Below are positions 18,356-27,953 of a stretch of 62,794 bases of DNA, in pieces; within the stretch, counting starts at the first letter, position 1; each line of letters begins with the position of its first letter. A program made the position numbers and the translations under genes. The notes under the pieces were generated by a model, which saw only the letters and a list, made by a program, of their open reading frames with translations, searched no databases and had not been told where the DNA came from. The stretch is from Candidatus Zixiibacteriota bacterium (GTDB lineage Bacteria; JAAXHH01): contig VGJU01000001.1 of the NCBI GenBank assembly GCA_016867335.1, forward strand, positions 1 through 62,794, in the 5' to 3' direction.

Positions 18356-19570
18356 ATGACCTGTCCCGAATGTCGTCACGACAACCGTGAAGGGGTGCGC
18401 TACTGCACCCGGTGCGGAACATCCCTCTTTCTTCTTTGTCCTCGCTGTCACGCTGGTGTTGTGGCGGACGACCTATACTGCGGGGAGTGCGGCGTCCGTC
18501 TGCCTGTCGCCACAAGCCGTCCCATCTTGTCCGAAAACCGCCCGACTCGCCCTGAAACGGTATCCACCCCACCCGACGGAAACGGTGCGGCCCGCGCCCC
18601 CATGGAGTCGGCCCGTAAACACGTGACCGTCCTGTTTGCGGACATCTCCTGTTTTACCGCGTTGAGGGAAAAACTCGACCCCGAGCAAGTCACCGATCTC
18701 ATGAATGGGTGTCTGTCCCGGCTGGCCGATGTGGTCCGCAAATACGAAGGCCACGTAGACAAGTTTATCGGCGACTGTATCATGGCGTTGTTCGGCGCGC
18801 CCATTGCGCATGAAAACGACCCGGAACTGGCGGTGCGCGCCGCGCTCGAAATGAAACAGGTGACCGAGGAGTACAACAAAGCGCTACCGGTAAAACTCGA
18901 AAAGCCGCTCAACCTGCATATCGGTATCAATTCCGGCATGGTGGTGGCCGGCGGCGTCGGATCACAGGACCACATGTCGTATACGGTGATGGGCGACACG
19001 GTCAATCTTGCCTCTCGACTAGAGTCGCTGGCAAGCGACCGACAGATATTTATCAGCAAATATACTTACAATCTGGTACGAAGCCGGTTCGATTTTCAGC
19101 CGCACGATCCGATCAAAGTCAAAGGCAAAACCGATCCTGTCCCCGTATACGAGGTACTTGGTATTCGAACCTCGGCGGGCGAGGAGCGACAGACGGTCAA
19201 GACCCCGCTTATCGGGCGTTCTCATGAAAGCGTGCTTCAGCGGGCCTTGCGTATCCATCGAGAACTCGGACTCAACCTCAAAATCATCGCCAACGAATTG
19301 GCGCTTTCCCGTGTAGCCATGGGCAAAGGCGACTACGAACAGGCGGCGGCCTATCTGGGCGATGCGCGCAGTATCGCGGAAACCGACGACAACCGGTCGG
19401 ATCTTGCCAAAATCCTGCATGCCGAAGCCGAGTTGGTGGCCCGTCAGGGGCATGATGCTCGCGCCGGTTTTGAAGCGGCGCCGGCGTTGTTTGACGAACT
19501 TGGAAGAAGCCGAGACGCCGAGCGGGTTCGGGCCGATCTTGCCGCGCATACCTCCGGCCGCCCCGCATGA
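18356..19570 (+). CDS. class III adenylate/guanylate cyclase with N-terminal double zinc ribbon and C-terminal helical-repeat region
   Basis: N-terminus: CPECRHDN..CTRCG and CPRCH..CGECG. Cyclase core: VTVLFADISCFT, FIGDCIMALFGAP, GINSGMVVAGGVG, YTVMGDTVNLASRLE. Confidence 0.85.
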   Translation: MTCPECRHDNREGVRYCTRCGTSLFLLCPRCHAGVVADDLYCGECGVRLPVATSRPILSENRPTRPETVSTPPDGNGAARAPMESARKHVTVLFADISCFTALREKLDPEQVTDLMNGCLSRLADVVRKYEGHVDKFIGDCIMALFGAPIAHENDPELAVRAALEMKQVTEEYNKALPVKLEKPLNLHIGINSGMVVAGGVGSQDHMSYTVMGDTVNLASRLESLASDRQIFISKYTYNLVRSRFDFQPHDPIKVKGKTDPVPVYEVLGIRTSAGEERQTVKTPLIGRSHESVLQRALRIHRELGLNLKIIANELALSRVAMGKGDYEQAAAYLGDARSIAETDDNRSDLAKILHAEAELVARQGHDARAGFEAAPALFDELGRSRDAERVRADLAAHTSGRPA

Positions 19571-20712
19571 AAATTACTCAAGTAGAACTCCTCTCCGCCG
19601 ACATAGGAAGAATTTATCACTTTGTCCGGCTTCACATCGACGCGGGCATCACAGGCGTCGGAGAGCCGTCGTGCGTGGGCAAGGAACGCGCGGTGGCGGG
19701 TGCGGTACAGGATTTGACCCCCTATCTGATCGATGCCGATCCGTTCGAAATCGAACGGCTGTGGAACTACATGTATCACACAGTCATCTGGTGTGGCGGC
19801 CCTGTACTCATGGCGGCGCTCAGCGGGGTCGAACATGCCTTGAGGGACATCAAGGCGCGTGCGCTCGGCGTACCCGTGTGGGAACTGTTAGGCGGCAAGG
19901 TGCGCGACCGGGTGCGGGCGTATGCGTGGATACACGGCGACACCCCCGCCTCATACCAGGAAGATGCACTTCGCCGCATGGAAGAAGGATTCCGCACGGT
20001 CAAGTTTACCCCGTTCGAACCCTCCGACGCCGGATACACGGTGGCACACGGAAAACGAGTGGAAGCCCGCGTGGCCGCGGTCCGGGAAGCGCTTGGCGAT
20101 GACGCCGGCATCGCCATCGACGGTCACGGTTTGCTTGGCCCGATCACTGCGATGGAGATGGCCAAACGTATCGAACCATACGGTATTTTGTTTTACGAAG
20201 AACCCGTGTTGCCCGAAAACCTGGATGCCATGGCCGACATACGGCGTACCGCACGCATCCCGATCGCTACCGGTGAGCGTCTGTTTACCCGATACCCCTA
20301 CAAAGACTTGCTCGTCAAACAGGCGGTAGACGTCATTCAGGCAGATGTAGGCAACGCAGGCGGCATCCTCGAAGGATACAAAATCGCCGCCATGGCCGAA
20401 GCCTTTTACGTGCAGATGGCTCCCCACAACCCGTGGAGTCCGCTTACTACGGCTATCTCCCTCCACCTGGACGCGGTCATCCAGAATTTTCTCATTCAGG
20501 AAATCCCTACTGCCGGTGCGTCGCCCGAACGCTCCCAACTGCTTCTCCAGCAAATCGAAATACCCCGTGACGGCTATCTCGACATCCCTACCGGGCCGGG
20601 CTGGGGCGTGGATCTCAATATAGAGTTTATCCGGTCCCATCCGTGGGATCCTTCGATGCAACGCAAACCCTGGATACCCAGAACCCCGGACGGCGGGCTG
20701 ATTCACACGTGA
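19567..20712 (+). CDS. enolase-superfamily dehydratase (galactonate dehydratase-like)
   Basis: 381 aa with an MR/MLE N-terminal capping domain plus barrel (GVGEPS, WNYMYH, AIDGHG, FYEEP, IATGE). ATGA overlap with the cyclase stop. Confidence 0.8.
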   Translation: MKITQVELLSADIGRIYHFVRLHIDAGITGVGEPSCVGKERAVAGAVQDLTPYLIDADPFEIERLWNYMYHTVIWCGGPVLMAALSGVEHALRDIKARALGVPVWELLGGKVRDRVRAYAWIHGDTPASYQEDALRRMEEGFRTVKFTPFEPSDAGYTVAHGKRVEARVAAVREALGDDAGIAIDGHGLLGPITAMEMAKRIEPYGILFYEEPVLPENLDAMADIRRTARIPIATGERLFTRYPYKDLLVKQAVDVIQADVGNAGGILEGYKIAAMAEAFYVQMAPHNPWSPLTTAISLHLDAVIQNFLIQEIPTAGASPERSQLLLQQIEIPRDGYLDIPTGPGWGVDLNIEFIRSHPWDPSMQRKPWIPRTPDGGLIHT

Positions 20713-20752
20713 TTCGACCTGCCGATGCTGGCAAACGAAAGAGAGCGGTCGC

Positions 20753-21223
20753 ATGGCCTTCGATCCGATGGAACAGCGGCGTATTTTAGGTCACTTTGCC
20801 ACGGGCGTGACGGTGGTGACTTCGAGAAACGGAGATGAACTCTACGGCATGACAGCCAATGCCGTCACGTCGCTTTCGTTGGACCCCCCGTTGATTCTTG
20901 TGTCTGTAGACCGCAAAGCCCACATGCACGGCTTTCTCAAGGAAAGCAAGCGTTTTGCGGTCAACATACTGGCCGAGGAACAGGAGGACAGGTCGCGTCG
21001 TTTTGCCGCACGCGGCCCCAAAGATTTTTCGGATTTGTCACTGATCGACGCCGTGACCGGTTCGCCGATTTTTGCCGATGCGCTTGCGTATGTGGACTGC
21101 TGGCTTACCGAGGTGTTGTCGGGAGGGGACCACGATATTTTTATCGGTGAAATCGTGGCAGGCAACGCAGGAAACGGGCGGCCGCTTATGTTCTATCAGG
21201 GAAAATACCAGAAATTGGGGTAG
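20753..21223 (+). CDS. flavin reductase (split-barrel FMN-binding, HpaC-like)
   Basis: 156 aa with GHFATGVTVVTS and MTANAVTSLSLDPPLILVSV. Confidence 0.8.
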   Translation: MAFDPMEQRRILGHFATGVTVVTSRNGDELYGMTANAVTSLSLDPPLILVSVDRKAHMHGFLKESKRFAVNILAEEQEDRSRRFAARGPKDFSDLSLIDAVTGSPIFADALAYVDCWLTEVLSGGDHDIFIGEIVAGNAGNGRPLMFYQGKYQKLG

Positions 21224-21230
21224 CGATCTA

Positions 21231-21265
21231 CAAACGAAAACGGCCGCGATGCTCATCGCGGCCGT
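21231..21265 (-). terminator. intrinsic terminator oriented for a leftward transcript
   Basis: Perfect 11-bp stem ACGGCCGCGAT/ATCGCGGCCGT with a 4-nt loop (21240-21265). A T-run (TTTTCGTTTG) follows only on the minus strand. It may also serve the convergent flavin reductase gene. Confidence 0.65.
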
Positions 21266-21275
21266 TAGTGAAACC

Positions 21276-21317
21276 TCATTCGCTTATCCTCCATGACCAG
21301 TCCGGTGGTGTCATCAT
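21276..21317 (-). CDS. candidate 13-codon micro-ORF (MMTPPDWSWRISE)
   Basis: AAAGGAGG lies 4-7 nt upstream of a tandem ATG ATG. The stop is 10 nt before the terminator hairpin. No homology can be assessed. Confidence 0.3.
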   Translation of the reverse strand: MMTPPDWSWRISE

Positions 21318-21768
21318 GCTACCTCCTTTGTATCCGATAAGTTCGGCCCGTCCCTCACATCCGCGATCCCACTCGTATTCTCGATCCGCCTGCCGATGAC
21401 ATCCCGTTTCGGGGAGAGTCAGTCTCCGGGACTCGTTTTCCGGTCCGGTTTGTCAGCGAGACGTCTTCTTTGGGCGCGACTGTCCTCCGGATCTTTTCGG
21501 ATGGCTGCCGTCTTCTTTAATCTTTTGCGGCTATATTTAAATATAAGCAAAAAAGGGACACTCGTCAAGGGGATTTTGCTCGTAGCTTGAGATTATCTCG
21601 CCCCGCTGAAAGCGGACAAGCACGGTTGCGGTTGTGGTAGTATGGAATTATCGTATCGTTCGTATCGTCGGATGTCAAAAAAAGATACGGGTAGCATGTT
21701 GCCGCCACCGCGTCGTATATTGGCGTCACTGCTCCTTTGTTTCGCCCACCCTTTCAAGCGAGAACCCT

Positions 21769-22824
21769 ATGCCCAACCCGGAATATCTTGTCTCTCTTCT
21801 TCAGGAATTGATCTACGCGCACGGTCCGTCCGGGCAGGAGGACGCGGTACGAAGCATCTGTCTACGCGAACTTGAAACCGTATGCGACAAGGTATGGACC
21901 GATCCTGCCGGCAATGCCATCGGACTGATCCGGGGCGGCGACGGCCCTGTGGTTCGCGTCATGGCGCATATGGACGAATTGGCGATGATCGTCAAGCGCG
22001 TCAACGACGACGGCACATTGCGCGTGCATCCGCTTGGCGGTATGTGGCCCGCCAACTACGGCCAGGGACCGGTTGAGATTCTTGCCGACACGGGTGTCGT
22101 GCCCGGTATTCTGTCCGTCGGTTCCATGCATACGACCGCCGAGTCCGCCAAAATCTGGGAGACCAAAGCCCGTAGCGGCAACAAGGCGATGGACTGGGAC
22201 CACCTGTTTGTCTTTACCCGGAAAACACCGGAGCAACTCAAGACACTCGGCATACATGCGGGCACACGGGTAGCGATCGCGCATTCGCGGCGTACGCTTT
22301 TTGAAGTGGACGACTGTATAGGCGGATATTTCATGGACAACCGGGCGGCGATCGCCATCTCGCTCGGCGCGGCCGCCCTGCTTGAACGGCAAAATGCAAA
22401 ACCCGCCGGCGATGTGTATTTAGTAATGACGACCATCGAAGAAATCGGGGCGCACGGCGCGAGCTATGCCTCACGTACGCTACCCGGCGACATCACGCTG
22501 GCGGTCGATTCCGGCCCGGTGGCGGCGGAATACGGCGTTGCGCTTACAGCGGAGCCGATCGTGGTATACGGTGATGCAATGGGACTCTACGACCTTGATA
22601 TCGCCGACCGGTTGCTGGCCTGTGGCCGCGCGTTGGGGATGGACCCGCAGTGCGCTTTCTGGCAGAGTTATGGATCGGACGCTTCCATACCCAAAGCGCA
22701 TGGACAAACTGCCCGAGCGGGTCTGCTCTGTATCGCCACCGAAAACACACATGGGTTCGAGATCGTTCCAACTGCCGGGCTTGGCGCGTGCGCCCGTCTT
22801 TTGGCGGCGTTTCTGAAAGGATGA
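21769..22824 (+). CDS. M42-family aminopeptidase (FrvX/endoglucanase-like)
   Basis: Track ORF trimmed to MPNPEYLVSLLQELIYAHGPSGQED. Carries VMAHMDELA. Confidence 0.8.
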   Translation: MPNPEYLVSLLQELIYAHGPSGQEDAVRSICLRELETVCDKVWTDPAGNAIGLIRGGDGPVVRVMAHMDELAMIVKRVNDDGTLRVHPLGGMWPANYGQGPVEILADTGVVPGILSVGSMHTTAESAKIWETKARSGNKAMDWDHLFVFTRKTPEQLKTLGIHAGTRVAIAHSRRTLFEVDDCIGGYFMDNRAAIAISLGAAALLERQNAKPAGDVYLVMTTIEEIGAHGASYASRTLPGDITLAVDSGPVAAEYGVALTAEPIVVYGDAMGLYDLDIADRLLACGRALGMDPQCAFWQSYGSDASIPKAHGQTARAGLLCIATENTHGFEIVPTAGLGACARLLAAFLKG

Positions 22825-22828
22825 CCCT

Positions 22829-24100
22829 ATGTCGCTCAAAGTAACCGCAATAGACCTTATCGTCGTGGATGTGCCCTTTACCCCGCGTCAACAGCAGATA
22901 ACGGCACGGACCGTCTTTAACTGGGGGGTATTGGAGTTGTGCCGGGTCTCTACGGACGCCGGTATCGTCGGGTGGGGCGAAACGGTGATCCACTATACCT
23001 ACGCGCGAGTGACGGAAGCGGCGGTACAGCGGGTGATCGGGCGTAGTCCGGCGGCGTGCTTGACCGACGATACGCTTGGCGCTGGGCTTCAGATGGCGCT
23101 GTATGATGTTGTGGGAAAGGCGCTTGGCGTTCCGTGTAGCCGTCTCATGGGCAACCGGGTGCGGGATTGGGTTCCGATTTCGTGGTGGTCCAACGAGGCG
23201 TCGTCGGAAGATTGGGCGGAAGAAGCCCGTGATGCGGTCCGTCAGGGCTATACCAGCATCAAACTCAAACAGCGCCCTTGGCGCGACATCGTCGAACAGG
23301 TCGAGACCGTGACCGCTGCGACACCGTCGTTTTTCAAACTCGATCTCGACGCTAACGGTTCGATGCAGAACGCGGCGGCGGCCATGCCCGTGATGCGGCG
23401 TCTGGAAGAATTTGATCAGGTGGCGATGTTCGAGACGCCCATCCCACAGACGGATATCCTCGGTAACCAACAGTTGCGGCAGGTCATTTGCCGACCCATT
23501 GCCATGCATTTCGGTTCGCCACCCTATGTGACGGTGGTGCGCGAGGCGGTGTGCGACGGGTTTGTCGTGGGGGGCGGAGCGACACAAGTGTTGCGCGAAG
23601 GAACGCTTAGCGCCGAGGCCAATATGCCGTTCTGGCTTCAATTGGTCGGCGCGGGACTGACGACCGTATGGGCCAGCCATCTCGGCGCGGTGTTGTCGCA
23701 CGCCTCATGGCCGGCCATCTCGTGTCTCAACCTGTACAGCCATTCACTGCTCACGTCGCCTATCGAGGTGATAGGAGGGTGTCACCACGCGCCCGAAGCG
23801 CCCGGGCTGGGCGTTTCGGTGGATGAAGAGGCGGTGGCGCGGTATGCGGTCCCGGAGGAGACGATCCGGGCGCTTCGGGCGCGTGGTGCGTGGTACGACC
23901 GTCCGCGTCCCCGCATCGTCCGTACCGCCGTGTATCCCGATGGAAGCCGCGTCCACATGGCAAACGTCTCGCAGGGGATGGATCTTGCGCCTTACACGCC
24001 CGGCGTCCGGCTCGAAACGTGGGCGGACGACGGATCGGAGGCATGGAACGATCTGTGGAAGCGTGTGCAGACCGCGCCGGTACGCAGTTTATCGGCCTAA
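22829..24100 (+). CDS. enolase-superfamily (mandelate racemase/muconate lactonizing) enzyme
   Basis: 423 aa with GWGETV, KLDLDANGS and MFETP metal-ligand contexts. Confidence 0.75.
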   Translation: MSLKVTAIDLIVVDVPFTPRQQQITARTVFNWGVLELCRVSTDAGIVGWGETVIHYTYARVTEAAVQRVIGRSPAACLTDDTLGAGLQMALYDVVGKALGVPCSRLMGNRVRDWVPISWWSNEASSEDWAEEARDAVRQGYTSIKLKQRPWRDIVEQVETVTAATPSFFKLDLDANGSMQNAAAAMPVMRRLEEFDQVAMFETPIPQTDILGNQQLRQVICRPIAMHFGSPPYVTVVREAVCDGFVVGGGATQVLREGTLSAEANMPFWLQLVGAGLTTVWASHLGAVLSHASWPAISCLNLYSHSLLTSPIEVIGGCHHAPEAPGLGVSVDEEAVARYAVPEETIRALRARGAWYDRPRPRIVRTAVYPDGSRVHMANVSQGMDLAPYTPGVRLETWADDGSEAWNDLWKRVQTAPVRSLSA

Positions 24101-24859
24101 CCAGCCGCCGTCCACAACGAGCAGATGCCCGTGGACATAGTCCGAAGCGCGGGAAGCGAGAAAGACCGCCGCGCCTTTGAGATCGGCGGGCATGCCCCAG
24201 CGTCCGGCAGGGATACGCGCTAAAATGGCTTTCGACCGCACCGGATCGTTGCGTAGCGCGTCCGTATTGGCGGTTTCGCAGTATCCGGGCGCGATGGCGT
24301 TGACATTGACCCCATGCGCCGCCCACTCGTTGGCCAGCGCCTGTGTGAGCTGGGCCACCGCGCCCTTGCTGGCGGCGTACGACGGCACAAAGATGCCGCC
24401 CTGAAAACTCAACACCGACGCAATGTTGATGATCTTTCCGTGTTTGCGTGCCACCATGTGACGCCCCGCCGCCTGACAACAGTACCAGACGCCGTTCAGG
24501 TTGAGGTCGAGTACGGCGCGCCAGTCGTCGTCCGAAAAGTCCACGGCCGGCGCGCGCCGGATGATCCCCGCGTTGTTGACCAGTATGTCGATACGGCCAA
24601 AACGGTCTATGGCCTGTGCGATCATGGTCTCTACCTGATCGCGTTTCGATACGTCACAGGCGATGGGGAGACATGCGCGTCCCAGCCCTTCGACCTCTGT
24701 TATCGTTTCGCTCAGATTTTCGGTTTTGCGGCTGACAGCGACGATGTGCGCCCCGGCTTCGGCCAGCCCTTCGGCCATGCCGCGTCCCAATCCAAAACTC
24801 GCGCCCGTGACCACCGCCACCTGATCGTCCAAACGAAACATATCGACCATACCCGACAC
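24089..24859 (-). CDS. short-chain dehydrogenase, KduD/2-deoxy-D-gluconate 3-dehydrogenase-like
   Basis: 256 aa with VTGASFGLGRG, NNAG and YAASKGAV. Confidence 0.8.
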   Translation of the reverse strand: MSGMVDMFRLDDQVAVVTGASFGLGRGMAEGLAEAGAHIVAVSRKTENLSETITEVEGLGRACLPIACDVSKRDQVETMIAQAIDRFGRIDILVNNAGIIRRAPAVDFSDDDWRAVLDLNLNGVWYCCQAAGRHMVARKHGKIINIASVLSFQGGIFVPSYAASKGAVAQLTQALANEWAAHGVNVNAIAPGYCETANTDALRNDPVRSKAILARIPAGRWGMPADLKGAAVFLASRASDYVHGHLLVVDGGWLGR

Positions 24860-24915
24860 GTTACCTCCCTAAAGGTGAACCCCTATCCGGGGGAAGCCAC
24901 CAGGACCGTCCCTGC

Positions 24916-25875
24916 TTACGATACCGGTTTTACCAGTCCTGTACGTGGATAATGATAGTCGCGGGTCTGGGTCTCGTCTTTGTAGACGTACCAGACGCAC
25001 GGTGCGTTGTGATCGAGCGTATGATCGAGCGGGCGCAACGGATGACCACGCCGACGTCCTGGTAGCCATTCCATGGCGATGGCGCAGTGACTGCAATACC
25101 AGTGAACACCCGTCTTGCCCCATGTCCATTCATGAGGCTCCCGGTTCATCCCGTCGGTCCGATAGGCTTCCCGTCCTGTCTCCGGATCGCCGCGGCGGAG
25201 TACGCCTCCGGTTCCGCATGGGTCGAAAGAGATTGCAAAACGGTCTTGTTCTTCCCGGACCGCCACGTCGCCCTTGCGGCTTGTACCGCTCAGATGCCCC
25301 CGCATCCCCTCGACGGTCAGCGCCACCTTTTCCCACGGCGTCATCTGATCCCATCGCTCATAACGGTCGCCCCAGATGCTCTGATGGGTCTCTATGATCG
25401 AATTGAGCACCGTCTCCTCGGTCTGTTGCGACAGATAGGCAAACATCTCGTTGATCCAGGCTACGAGCACGTCGTGGGGGATTTTGAATTCGAGCCAGAG
25501 TCGTTCGAGCGCCCGGTCCGCGGTTTCGAGGTTGCCGGACCGGATAGCGATTTTGAGCGTATTCAAGGGGGCGGTACCAAACTCGAAATCCCACCATGCC
25601 TTGCAGATGGCTACGGACACCGGGTGTGCGACGTCGTTGCCTGCGCCTGTGTCACGCGAAACAATAAAACGCACGATATCCTGTCCCCACGTCATGAGGA
25701 TATTGTGCATGATGCGGAGTTCTTTGTGATAATAGTCGGCCAGCGCGAGGGCGTCTTGGGTTTTGCCGCCGCGTATCAGTGTTTCCAACATCGTGTAGGT
25801 AGACACGCCGATGGTGCCGATGTCGTCCATACGGACGAAACGACCGAGGTTGTCGTTGTGTTCCAGCCTGAGCAT
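24916..25875 (-). CDS. uncharacterised Cys/His-rich protein (319 aa)
   Basis: Protein-like composition, with C-terminal motifs DPCGTGG, HWYCSHCAI and HNAPCVWY. It starts 3 nt after the stop of the MetE-like gene. No family recognised. Confidence 0.6.
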   Translation of the reverse strand: MLRLEHNDNLGRFVRMDDIGTIGVSTYTMLETLIRGGKTQDALALADYYHKELRIMHNILMTWGQDIVRFIVSRDTGAGNDVAHPVSVAICKAWWDFEFGTAPLNTLKIAIRSGNLETADRALERLWLEFKIPHDVLVAWINEMFAYLSQQTEETVLNSIIETHQSIWGDRYERWDQMTPWEKVALTVEGMRGHLSGTSRKGDVAVREEQDRFAISFDPCGTGGVLRRGDPETGREAYRTDGMNREPHEWTWGKTGVHWYCSHCAIAMEWLPGRRRGHPLRPLDHTLDHNAPCVWYVYKDETQTRDYHYPRTGLVKPVS

Positions 25876-25878
25876 GGC

Positions 25879-26916
25879 CTATCCTCCGACTTCCTGCCGG
25901 ACGATACGCGCGGCTTTCGCAAGGGTTGCCAGTTTTTGCACCGCCAACCAGCGGACCGTCTGGCTAAAACCGCAGTCGGGTGCCAGCCAGAGCCGGTTTG
26001 CGGGTACCTGTTTGAGCAGGGCACGGATACGGTCTGCAACCACGTCCACCGGCTCCAAGGATCGCCCTTTTACGTCGATCACCCCCGCGCACAGGATGGC
26101 GTCGCCCCCGTATCGGGGCCACAGATCGGCTTCGTTCATGCCTCGGTTGGCAAACTCCATGTTGATCACATCAGCGTGCAGGTCCTTGAAATGCGGGGCA
26201 AGCGGAGCATAACGACGGTCCGCTGTAGCCGGTCGTCCCCGGAAATTGCCAAAACAAAGATGTACTTCGATCGTGGCGTCGGTAATGCCGTCTACACAGG
26301 CGTTAAACAGATCCACCCATTCGGGGTAGCCGCCGGGCAAGGTCCAGAATGCCGGTTCGTCGAACTGAACATGTCGCGCCCCGGCGGCTACAGCTTCCTT
26401 GAGTTCGCGGTTATAGGCCGGCACGAGCGCCCAGGCGATTTTCCCTTTGTTTGGGTACACGGTCCCCGGATGGATACGAAAAGCCTGTGTCGCCGGGCTT
26501 TGAAGACCGATGACAAACGGTTTTTCGGTGCGGCTTTTGAGAAACGCCACTTCCCGCGCCAACCCGTATCCACCCGGCACGTTCAAAGGGGCGATGCAAC
26601 GAAAGGCATCGAGTTGGTCCGGACCGGGATAGCCGAGTCGTCGGTCGAAAGGTATGGGTTCCAGACCGGTTACATGCTCGTGAAAATTCCATGTAAAATC
26701 GGCGCGAAACATCTCTCCGTCCGATAGAATATCGGCACCGGCTTCGATCATGTCCATGATGGCAAGCCGGGCGGCGTCGGTCATGGCTTCCTGCAAGTCG
26801 GCAGGGCCTGCCTTGCCTTCGGCGACGGCGTCCTTGAACGCCCACATCCACCCCGGCGTGCCATGACTACCCATGACTTTGACGGGCAAAAGCGGAAGAT
26901 CGGTATACGTCAGCAT
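25879..26916 (-). CDS. cobalamin-independent methionine synthase (MetE) C-terminal-domain-like zinc methyltransferase
   Basis: Track ORF trimmed to MLTYTDLPLL (345 aa). Shows the Zn-ligand pattern HLCFGN ... NMEFA ... LAPDCGF. Confidence 0.75.
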   Translation of the reverse strand: MLTYTDLPLLPVKVMGSHGTPGWMWAFKDAVAEGKAGPADLQEAMTDAARLAIMDMIEAGADILSDGEMFRADFTWNFHEHVTGLEPIPFDRRLGYPGPDQLDAFRCIAPLNVPGGYGLAREVAFLKSRTEKPFVIGLQSPATQAFRIHPGTVYPNKGKIAWALVPAYNRELKEAVAAGARHVQFDEPAFWTLPGGYPEWVDLFNACVDGITDATIEVHLCFGNFRGRPATADRRYAPLAPHFKDLHADVINMEFANRGMNEADLWPRYGGDAILCAGVIDVKGRSLEPVDVVADRIRALLKQVPANRLWLAPDCGFSQTVRWLAVQKLATLAKAARIVRQEVGG

Positions 26917-26982
26917 GTACGGTTCTCGATAAAAGGGGGAAGAAGGAAGAATAAAAGAGAAAGAGCTTAGAAACGCCCAAAG

Positions 26983-27011
26983 TTGACACCGGGAACATGA
27001 GCACATATATA
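26983..27011 (+). promoter_or_regulatory. sigma70-type promoter candidate
   Basis: TTGACA, a 17-nt spacer, then TATATA. It lies about 70 nt upstream of the TIM-barrel gene start at 27081. Confidence 0.45.
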
Positions 27012-27080
27012 GACGATTTGGCAAATAACATGCTCGCAGGGGGTCTGTCAAGTCAACGCATACGACGGAAAGGGGATTGC

Positions 27081-27953
27081 ATGTACGCATCGATTCGAGA
27101 CGGGACGCTTTTGGGGGGCGGGTATAAAAATCTGCTCGAAGGGCTTAGGGACGTGGGACTTTCCGCCGTCGAACTGGAGGTGTTTCGAGACAGCACGGTC
27201 AGGACGCTGACCTTGGCGGGGGCCGGGTTTTCGCTAACCGGAGACAAGCCGCTCAATGCGCTCAAAACCCACTACGACGAACACGGGATTCGGATATCGG
27301 CGCTGATGCTCGGCAACAATTTCAATGCGGAAAATGTAGATGCGGAGATCGCCTGGTGTGTCACGGCGATAAACGCCGCCGGTTTTCTGGGTGTAAAGGC
27401 CGTTCGTATCGACTCGATCATGCGGGGCGAACGGGAGATGCGTCTCGATGCCCGCATAGAGACCTTTACAAAGGGCATCACGCTGGTGCTGGAGGCCACC
27501 GAAGGGTCTTCGGTACAACTCGGTATCGAAAACCACGGAGTAAGCGGTAATCAGCGTGAGTTTCTGGACGGGGTGTTGGACCGAGTGGATCACCCACGGC
27601 TGGGCACCACGATGGACACCGGCAATTTCTACTGGTACGGGTATCCGCTGGATACGGTGTACGACATTCTGGCGCATTTTGCTCCAAAGGCCAAGCATAC
27701 GCATGTCAAGAATATCGCCTATCCCGAACCGGAGCGGGGAAAACAGCGGGAAATTGGCTGGAAATACGGAGAATACGCGGCGCCATTGCCGGATGGGGAT
27801 ATCGACTTGTGGCGTGTGGCGGGGTTTCTAAAGTCGGTGGGATATACGGGCGATATGTGTGTCGAGGATGAATCCATCGGCAGGATGCCGGAGGCCGAAC
27901 GACGCGAGGCGCTTCGGCGCGATGCGGCGTTTGTACGGGAAATCTGCGGGTAA
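27081..27953 (+). CDS. sugar phosphate isomerase/epimerase (xylose-isomerase-like TIM barrel)
   Basis: Track ORF trimmed to MYASIRDGTLL (290 aa). Carries LGIENH, TMDTGNF, THVKN and CVEDE. Confidence 0.7.
   Translation: MYASIRDGTLLGGGYKNLLEGLRDVGLSAVELEVFRDSTVRTLTLAGAGFSLTGDKPLNALKTHYDEHGIRISALMLGNNFNAENVDAEIAWCVTAINAAGFLGVKAVRIDSIMRGEREMRLDARIETFTKGITLVLEATEGSSVQLGIENHGVSGNQREFLDGVLDRVDHPRLGTTMDTGNFYWYGYPLDTVYDILAHFAPKAKHTHVKNIAYPEPERGKQREIGWKYGEYAAPLPDGDIDLWRVAGFLKSVGYTGDMCVEDESIGRMPEAERREALRRDAAFVREICG

Noticed and set aside
21276-21317. Trp-attenuator leader peptide (W-S-W codons followed by a terminator)
   Set aside because: There is no downstream gene on the minus strand to regulate. 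The next gene is convergent.
21240-21540. RNase P RNA, tmRNA or SRP RNA on the minus strand (fragments ACAGTCGCGCC, CTTATCGG and GGACCGGAAAAC resemble pieces of M1 or 4.5S RNA)
   Set aside because: The universal cores are absent: no GAGGAAAGTCCGGGC P4 strand, no tRNA-like acceptor ending in CCACCA, and no GGAA-tetraloop domain IV motif. The segment is also too short for RNase P or tmRNA.
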